DNA of 64,000 nt from a virus (lineage: Duplodnaviria; Heunggongvirae; Uroviricota; Caudoviricetes). Positions 57,421 through 64,000 of the stretch are shown here, piece by piece. The stretch is taken from IMG/VR virus record IMGVR_UViG_3300026980_000004; one strand, 5' to 3'. The notes beneath the pieces were generated by a model. It worked only from the letters and a program-made list of their open reading frames with translations, was not told where the DNA came from and did not search any database. Every line of letters starts with the position of its first letter. The first letter of the stretch is position 1. Position numbers and translations under genes: made by a program.

Positions 57421-57768
57421 TTATTTATCTAATTCTGTTTCTTTATCTGTGTTAGTATCTTTTTTTGTTGTTCTCTTTTTTACTTTTGGTGCGGGTTTTT
57501 CTTTTGGTTGTTCTTTAATAACACTTTTTGGATTCTCGATGTTATTAATATAACCATTACTAATTGGTTCACACTTTACCATACCCATCATTTCCATTTT
57601 TTTTACTTCAATTGGTAATAAATTACTATCAAAAATTAATTCCTGATATGGTAATATTTTATATTCATTTACTATAAACCTGTTTTTTATTTTTAAAAAT
57701 ATTGGTTTATTATGATTTTTATTTGATTTATCTAAAAGGTGTGTAATATTTTTTATTTTATATCCCAT
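57421..57768 (-). CDS. hypothetical protein
   Basis: 115 aa, Lys-rich tail. Confidence 0.7.
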   Translation of the reverse strand: MGYKIKNITHLLDKSNKNHNKPIFLKIKNRFIVNEYKILPYQELIFDSNLLPIEVKKMEMMGMVKCEPISNGYINNIENPKSVIKEQPKEKPAPKVKKRTTKKDTNTDKETELDK

Positions 57769-57770
57769 AT

Positions 57771-58556
57771 TTAAAGTGTTTGTATTATTTTATTACCATA
57801 TTTGATTCCATCAAATCCCATTTCTTTACATTTTTTACAAATTTCTTTATTTATTGCAGTTTGTATTGATAATCCATTATTCATTGCAATAATTTCAAAA
57901 TCTTTATTTGGTAATAATTTATCTGCCAACCAATATTGTGGTAATTTATTATCATTTAAACATTCGTCAGGTAATACCATTAATTTATCAAAATGAACCT
58001 TATATTGCTTCATTCCATCTTTTTTATTTAAATGAAAGAAATTACCAGTCTCACTTTTTTCTTTTATTGGTTTATCTCTAAAACAATCATATTCGCAATC
58101 CTTTTCCATATCATACCATCCAATTTCTGGTTTATCCAAAAATTTTGATATTGGCTCTAGTTTATTGTTATGCTGTTTTTCGAAATCAAATTTATCTTGT
58201 ATTTTATTTAAAATCCTTGCAGCACATTTTGAATCACAATCAATTTTAAAACAGCTAATTGGTTTTTCATCACCCTTTACGATTTTATGTGCAACAAATC
58301 TATTATGACCATCTAATATTTCATTATCACCAGATATAAATATTGGATATTTTTTTGAATTTCTTTTAAATACTCCTTTAAAGAATTCAACCGTATCTGG
58401 ATTAACTTCTTTCTGTAGTGGTTTTAATTCACTATTCTGTATATTATATATCGAATATGGTATTTCCTCTGATTTCAATTCTTTTGTGATATAATCAAAA
58501 GGTGCTGAAACTTGTGGTAACCAATATGGTTTATTGTTTTTAATAAAATCTTCCAT
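57771..58556 (-). CDS. ParB/Srx-like domain protein
   Basis: LKPLQKEV...PIFISGDNEILDGHNRF. Confidence 0.7.
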   Translation of the reverse strand: MEDFIKNNKPYWLPQVSAPFDYITKELKSEEIPYSIYNIQNSELKPLQKEVNPDTVEFFKGVFKRNSKKYPIFISGDNEILDGHNRFVAHKIVKGDEKPISCFKIDCDSKCAARILNKIQDKFDFEKQHNNKLEPISKFLDKPEIGWYDMEKDCEYDCFRDKPIKEKSETGNFFHLNKKDGMKQYKVHFDKLMVLPDECLNDNKLPQYWLADKLLPNKDFEIIAMNNGLSIQTAINKEICKKCKEMGFDGIKYGNKIIQTL

Positions 58557-58573
58557 ACTTTTAATATAAATAG

Positions 58574-59257
58574 TTAATTATCAATTTTTGTTAATTTTAA
58601 CGAATTGATATCACCTTGATTACATGTTTTACCACCACCCAATTTACATTCGTCTTTTACTTCTACTTTTTTTGAATTTTTGATCCATGAAATTACACGT
58701 TCTTCAACCTTTTCGGGTATTTTGGAAAAATCAGTTTTTGATGCAAATTCATCCGCCATTTTTTTCCATTTTTTACCCTCTTTTCCACCTTCTTTTGCTC
58801 TTGCATAAAAATATTTCGCTTGTGCTTTAGATGCGAATTTTTCTTCAATGGTTTCTAATTTATTATAATAATCGTCCATCTCATATATATGATCCATTGC
58901 AATTTCTAATGCAATTTCGGGATTATCAGTATGTTCCATTTCAACATTCACACCTTTTTTAATTTGATCGACAATATCAAAAATATTTTCTTTTGTAACC
59001 GAATTTGGATAATGTTTCTTTATTAAATTAACTAATGACATATCATCAGATAAACCACCCTCAATTTTATCATCAGTTAAAATACCCACAGGATTTTCAT
59101 CAATTTTTTTTCTTAATTGATTATATAGATATAATAATTCAGAATCGGTTTTTTTATCTTTTAATACACCAATAATTAATTTCTTAAAATCAATGAAAGA
59201 ACCAGATTCTACAGATTTTTTTACCGATTTTATTTTTAATAATTCATCCAATTTCAT
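58574..59257 (-). CDS. DUF5661-like protein
   Basis: GGLSD...QIKKGVNVEMEHTDNPEIALEIAMDHIYE..DYYNKL; FASKAQAKYFYA. Confidence 0.65.
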   Translation of the reverse strand: MKLDELLKIKSVKKSVESGSFIDFKKLIIGVLKDKKTDSELLYLYNQLRKKIDENPVGILTDDKIEGGLSDDMSLVNLIKKHYPNSVTKENIFDIVDQIKKGVNVEMEHTDNPEIALEIAMDHIYEMDDYYNKLETIEEKFASKAQAKYFYARAKEGGKEGKKWKKMADEFASKTDFSKIPEKVEERVISWIKNSKKVEVKDECKLGGGKTCNQGDINSLKLTKIDN

Positions 59258-59265
59258 AATATATT

Positions 59266-59859
59266 TTATTTTTTCTTAAATAAACCAATCACAATTGATT
59301 TAATCAATTTTTTACCTTCATCTGTTTGTAAATATTCTTTAATAACGTTTTCAATTTTTTCATTAACATATAAATCGGTTATAGTATCTTTTAATGCTTT
59401 TAATGCATCACTCTTATCGAAAATATGTCTATCTGTCATTGGTTTTGTTTGATAGTTATATTCAAACTGTTGATTTTGTTCAACTTTAGGTGGATGATAT
59501 GTTTCTTCATTAATCATTTGATCTTTATTTACTAATTTATTAGCAAGTTGTTTGCTTTTCATTAGTAATTCTCTTTCAAACAAATCATCCTTCTCATTAA
59601 AATCAACTTGTTGTTTATTTGTGTTTTGATTTACTTTGGGTTGTACAAATCCATTATTATTTACAATATTTGGATTTGTTTTAACTTCAACCATGTTGTC
59701 CACTTTTTTTACGTTTTCTAAAATTGGGTTATTTGATGGATTTTCAAATCCGTCTAATGCATTTTTTAGACTTAATAACGAGTTTTTAATATTATTTTGT
59801 GGTTGTTGTTGTGGTCTTTTTTGTTTTTCTTGTTTGATAAATTCTGTTAAATTTTCCAT
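59266..59859 (-). CDS. hypothetical protein
   Basis: 197 aa, Q/N-rich. Confidence 0.7.
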   Translation of the reverse strand: MENLTEFIKQEKQKRPQQQPQNNIKNSLLSLKNALDGFENPSNNPILENVKKVDNMVEVKTNPNIVNNNGFVQPKVNQNTNKQQVDFNEKDDLFERELLMKSKQLANKLVNKDQMINEETYHPPKVEQNQQFEYNYQTKPMTDRHIFDKSDALKALKDTITDLYVNEKIENVIKEYLQTDEGKKLIKSIVIGLFKKK

Positions 59860-59874
59860 TATAAAAATATTTAT

Positions 59875-60330
59875 TTAATTGTTTTTAAAATATAAGTCAC
59901 CAACTCTTTTATTAGTTTTAAGTACGCCCATTAATATTTTAGACATTCCTTTATCATTTGGATTGTATTCTGGTCTTTTACTTTGTGAAAATTTCCCAGT
60001 ACCTGGTTTAACATCGATTATTCTGTCTAATCTAAAAATTCTCCATCCATTTGGTAATGCTTTTAATGGATCAATACCATCACCATCTGGTGTTAATGAT
60101 GCAGTCCTACCTAATTGTAATGCACGTATTACTAATGGTTTTTGTTTTGTATTATATATACCCATTAGGTATGGTTCTATTAATCTCCAACCTGGTTTAT
60201 TCTCTCCTTCTCCCTTGTATAATATTCTAATAGACATATTCATCTTTATAGCATTTTCGATGATATATCTAATATTTTTAGCTTTCGCCTCTAATAATAA
60301 ATCCTCATATATATTAAATATATTAAGCAT
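59875..60330 (-). CDS. WYL-domain protein
   Basis: IRILYKG...GWRLIEPYLMG...GWRIFRLDRI; leader ending LLLE. Confidence 0.75.
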   Translation of the reverse strand: MLNIFNIYEDLLLEAKAKNIRYIIENAIKMNMSIRILYKGEGENKPGWRLIEPYLMGIYNTKQKPLVIRALQLGRTASLTPDGDGIDPLKALPNGWRIFRLDRIIDVKPGTGKFSQSKRPEYNPNDKGMSKILMGVLKTNKRVGDLYFKNN

Positions 60331-60553
60331 TTGAAATATTATATTCGTTATTTTTATTAAATTTATTTTTAGCAACCAATGTTTCTCTAGTCTCAATATC
60401 TATTTGAGAACCATCTGGATTTTTACCGAAATTATCCCCATCAGATACAGCACTTGTATGGCTAATATTATATGGGTTACTTGGGTTTATTTTTGCATTT
60501 TTAGGTAATATACTCTCTCTATATTCTTTACCTGATTCTTCTAATCTAGACAT
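60323..60553 (-). CDS. hypothetical protein
   Basis: 76 aa ORF. Confidence 0.65.
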   Translation of the reverse strand: MSRLEESGKEYRESILPKNAKINPSNPYNISHTSAVSDGDNFGKNPDGSQIDIETRETLVAKNKFNKNNEYNISNA

Positions 60554-60555
60554 AT

Positions 60556-61407
60556 TTATAATATTACGTATTTAATATAATTAATTAATTCAGGTACAAC
60601 ATTATCTAATTTTTTTATTTCATCTAATGTATACCATTTATAATCACTATGTTCACCATTTAGTTCAACAAAGTCATTATCTACCTTACTTAAATATAAA
60701 TACTCTAAAACATTATCAATTTTAATTATTTTTTTTATTTTATATTTTGTAAGATTTATTTTAGTTTCTTCAAATACCTCTCTAACCAAACCAATTTCTG
60801 GTGTTTCACCCTTTTCAATTTTACCACCAACTAATGCCCAACAATTTGGACACCAATCAGTATTTTCACTTCTTTTTAGTAATAATATTTTATTATCGTT
60901 ATTAAATATTACTGTTAATGAAACTCTTAACATTTTATTATTATTATTTTTGGCTTCATTAATAACAGATTCTGAAGTTATGAAATTATTGTTTTTAGTC
61001 GGTTTAGTATTGTCAACTTCACTATATTTTCTATATTGGTTTTCTAATCCACCAAAATCCGTTTTTATTTTTTTACTATTCTTGACCTTTTCTGTTATTT
61101 CTTTTAATTTACTTTCAACAAAATTTTTCATTACTTGTCCACCTCTTAATTTAAAGTCCATTTGTGGATTTAATTCATTAAGGTTGTCATTAGTATCCTC
61201 TATATTATGCGAAGTTTTAATATAATTATCAAAGAAATTTTTATATCTTCTTAAATTTTCATATGATATTTTCTTTTCTTTTAATAAAAATTCAGCTTTT
61301 TTTTTACCAGGATATCCATCCTTACATTCTCTATTTGCTTTATCTATTTCGGATAAAACATCATCTGGTAAATTATAATATGTATTAGTTAATTTACTAT
61401 TGGCCAT
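60556..61407 (-). CDS. protein with C-terminal NUDIX hydrolase domain
   Basis: ILLLKRS...WALVGGKIEKGETPEIGLVREVFEET (Nudix box), EHSDYKW. Confidence 0.85.
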   Translation of the reverse strand: MANSKLTNTYYNLPDDVLSEIDKANRECKDGYPGKKKAEFLLKEKKISYENLRRYKNFFDNYIKTSHNIEDTNDNLNELNPQMDFKLRGGQVMKNFVESKLKEITEKVKNSKKIKTDFGGLENQYRKYSEVDNTKPTKNNNFITSESVINEAKNNNNKMLRVSLTVIFNNDNKILLLKRSENTDWCPNCWALVGGKIEKGETPEIGLVREVFEETKINLTKYKIKKIIKIDNVLEYLYLSKVDNDFVELNGEHSDYKWYTLDEIKKLDNVVPELINYIKYVIL

Positions 61408-61409
61408 GA

Positions 61410-61988
61410 TTATAATTTTGAATCTTTTAAAATTTTATCTATTTTTTGTTTTGCTCTTTTAAATAGAATTTCTTTATCATCACTTTTTTTGATTGAATCA
61501 ATAAATTTATCAACAATATCATTATCAGATTTATCTGTCAATACTTCTTCAGTTATCGTTTCTTCTTTTTTTGATTTAATATATTTTTTTAGAGCATCGA
61601 TAACTTTTTCAGCATTATAGTAATCTGATTTTTTCTCTTCTTTAGTTAATTCATCGAAATCCTTTTTTGCTAAATTTTTCCAAATTTTTAAATTTTCCTT
61701 ACTGAATTCAGACACAAAAAAATCTAAAAATCTTTTATATTGTTCAAATTCGACTTCAGCTAATACATCTACTAAGTTTTTTTCATTATTTTCACTCTCA
61801 TAAAAATGAAATCCAAATCTACCTAAAAAATCATCATCGAATTTTTGTCTACCGACTGCAATATTATAATCGGTCATTCTTGTTGACTTTGTTATATTAT
61901 TTGGACTATTTTCAGGACCCATTGAAGTTTTTTTCATTAGATTTCCCTCTGAATCAAGTACTTCCTTTACTACACAATCTTTTTTCAT
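61410..61988 (-). CDS. hypothetical protein
   Basis: 192 aa; late motif at 62003. Confidence 0.7.
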   Translation of the reverse strand: MKKDCVVKEVLDSEGNLMKKTSMGPENSPNNITKSTRMTDYNIAVGRQKFDDDFLGRFGFHFYESENNEKNLVDVLAEVEFEQYKRFLDFFVSEFSKENLKIWKNLAKKDFDELTKEEKKSDYYNAEKVIDALKKYIKSKKEETITEEVLTDKSDNDIVDKFIDSIKKSDDKEILFKRAKQKIDKILKDSKL

Positions 61989-62027
61989 TGTAATAATTTT
62001 TATATAAATACTTTTAATTTTATAATA

Positions 62028-64000
62028 TTAGAATTTATATATTTCCAACAAATATCCATTATCTACTTTATGGATTGTATACTTATCTTTATATTTTTTT
62101 AATACAAGATCACCCTCATTATATTTATCATCAATTGATTTTATTTCTTGTTTATTCTCCTTTTTTCTTTTTTGATTAATAATATTAAGAAATTTTTGAT
62201 ACTCATGAACACCCGATAATTCATCATTATTACCGATTTTAAAACCATCGAATATTTTTCTAGGGTCTCTACCTGTTTTATTCCAAAATTCTAGTTCAAG
62301 TTCTTCAAGATACATTGATTGATCTAAACTATCTTGTTCATAACTTCTTAATACCAATTCACTATCTGTAAAATATTCTCTTTCTTCTAAATATACCCTT
62401 TTTTCTTTTCTATTTGTTTTAACATCCTTAATCAATGAATTTCTAACATTTTCACTAAATCCAATTAATATTGATGACACTCTTTCATTGAATGCCGCAA
62501 TATATTTTTTTACATTATATTCAATATCTTTATTATCAACACCCTCTAATTGTTCATCTTTTAACAAAATCGAACACATATATTCTTCCCCAGTCTCTTT
62601 ATTTTTAATAACCTTAGTATCTCCATGTGATTTCGATGTACCAATATTTACATAATATATAACATCACCAATCTCAACATTTAATTTTTCCTTAATAATT
62701 AATTCCATATGTGCTTGCATACCCTTCATTCTACCATTTTTATCTGTACCTCTGTTTAAATAATCATTAACAGATACTTTAACTTTAGCTTTGGATGCTA
62801 TCTTTTTTAATGGTATTTGTTTATAAAATATCTTTTCTAAGTATTCATAATAATAATCTACAAACTCAGCTGGTTTATTATCTAAAATCAATCTAATACC
62901 CTTATCAATAAAATCTTCGATATATTCTGGCATTGTTTTAGATTTAATCGTATTACCAGTTAATTTTACTTTAGGTTGAATTATTTTACCAGTTTTTCTA
63001 TCAGTCTCTTCGTATGTCAAATTAGCATAATTAATTCTAGTTAATGTTAATGATGATTTAAATGAACCATCATCATCTACTTTAATTAAATTACCCTCAT
63101 CTTGTGAAAATTTTAAAATATCATAATTATATTTTTCAACTAATGCACTGACACCATTATATAATTTTCCATTATATTCATAATTTAATTCATTTATGTT
63201 AATACCTTCTGGGATATCATTACCGTTAATGTCTTTATAAACAATTTTTGGTATTGCAAAATTAACACCATCAGTTACAGCTAATACAGGTAAGAAATTA
63301 TAATTAACAAAGTAGTCAATCATTTTTCTCAAATGTAATCTACCAGAACATGTAATTTGTGCACTTACGATTGTCTCACCCCAAGGAAATGCAATACCTG
63401 ATCCTAATGCACCGAATAATGAGTTATTTAATATTTTTAATGGTAATTGTTTTGTTTTATAAAAACTCCTCTCTGCTTTAGTTAATGAATCATCATTTGA
63501 TAATTTTTTAAATTTATTTCTTGTATCTAATAGATATGTTAAAATTCTTTTAAGTGCATTGGTAACATCAACAGATGGAAAAATATCATAAGTGATTTGT
63601 AATGATGGGTATAGACCAGCAAAATCTAGTTTTCTAATATCTTCAGCAAAACCAATATTATAAGCCCTTGCAAGCCCTCCACTGAACTTATCTGTATCGT
63701 AGTCATGTATTGGTATTGCCAAGTTATTATCGTAGCTCCATGCGGTCATAATTAGCTTCCATACAGCAGCACTACCCATTGTTGTAATACGTTCATATGT
63801 GGTTGGAATTAATTTGGCAAGCAAAAAAGAAGATTCGTTATATTTTAAATCAACTTGTTCAGTTTCCCAAAGGTCATCTAACAAATATCTTTCAACAATA
63901 TTTTTACCATTTGTTGTTTTAATATTTTCAATATTTTCCCTATCAAATGGATATGGATACTCAATTCCTCTATTTAAATTTATCTTTAATTTTTCAAGAT
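62028..64000 (-). CDS. family B DNA polymerase, 3' part (frame open to window end)
   Basis: ERYLLDDL (ExoIII), LDFAGLYPS (motif A), KILNNSLFG (B), VTDG (C). Confidence 0.93.
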   Translation of the reverse strand, partial: LEKLKINLNRGIEYPYPFDRENIENIKTTNGKNIVERYLLDDLWETEQVDLKYNESSFLLAKLIPTTYERITTMGSAAVWKLIMTAWSYDNNLAIPIHDYDTDKFSGGLARAYNIGFAEDIRKLDFAGLYPSLQITYDIFPSVDVTNALKRILTYLLDTRNKFKKLSNDDSLTKAERSFYKTKQLPLKILNNSLFGALGSGIAFPWGETIVSAQITCSGRLHLRKMIDYFVNYNFLPVLAVTDGVNFAIPKIVYKDINGNDIPEGININELNYEYNGKLYNGVSALVEKYNYDILKFSQDEGNLIKVDDDGSFKSSLTLTRINYANLTYEETDRKTGKIIQPKVKLTGNTIKSKTMPEYIEDFIDKGIRLILDNKPAEFVDYYYEYLEKIFYKQIPLKKIASKAKVKVSVNDYLNRGTDKNGRMKGMQAHMELIIKEKLNVEIGDVIYYVNIGTSKSHGDTKVIKNKETGEEYMCSILLKDEQLEGVDNKDIEYNVKKYIAAFNERVSSILIGFSENVRNSLIKDVKTNRKEKRVYLEEREYFTDSELVLRSYEQDSLDQSMYLEELELEFWNKTGRDPRKIFDGFKIGNNDELSGVHEYQKFLNIINQKRKKENKQEIKSIDDKYNEGDLVLKKYKDKYTIHKVDNGYLLEIYKF

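Noticed and set aside
2715-60334. Antisense or overlapping ORFs from the track (e.g. 2715, 5814, 6181, 8694, 12004, 13041, 17213, 20908, 22800, 27719, 33157, 35098, 48769, 56624, 59879)
   Set aside because: They overlap well-supported genes, promoters or terminators and have the F/L/S/I-rich composition of shadow frames.

Overview
This is a 64-kb segment of a very AT-rich, large (jumbo-type) T4-like myovirus. The host is most likely Bacteroidota, from the recurrent TTTG-N19/20-TAnnTTTG promoters and a DUF4494-like gene. The window has four parts. (1) About 1-14.4 kb is an early/host-takeover-like island: short genes arranged as cassettes, separated by about 10 copies of a fused terminator-promoter element. 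It holds a tRNA(CAT), a tRNA-Leu(UAA) split by a group I intron with a decayed endonuclease ORF, host-mimic fragments (P-loop-less ComM/YifB; stand-alone S3-type KH domain), two inverted DUF932 paralogs and a parS-like site. A striking C-tract/G-tract block marks its right boundary. (2) About 14.5-34.5 kb is accessory and metabolic: a helicase-methyltransferase, HNH genes, MazG-like protein, ClpP, Dda-like helicase, RNA ligase, AAA ATPase and an orphan TnpB-omegaRNA-like element. It also has a cluster of late-promoter genes encoding unrelated enzyme domains behind a shared 'KIIKEEYN' leader, which are candidate virion-packaged effectors. (3) About 34.6-53.4 kb is morphogenesis: portal, intein-containing large terminase, a giant amidase+SLT tail protein, tail sheath and tail tube. 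(4) About 53.4-64 kb holds a nuclease, glycosyltransferase, ParB-like, WYL and NUDIX genes, and the 3' part of a family B DNA polymerase. All family calls come from motifs recognised by eye; no database search was run.
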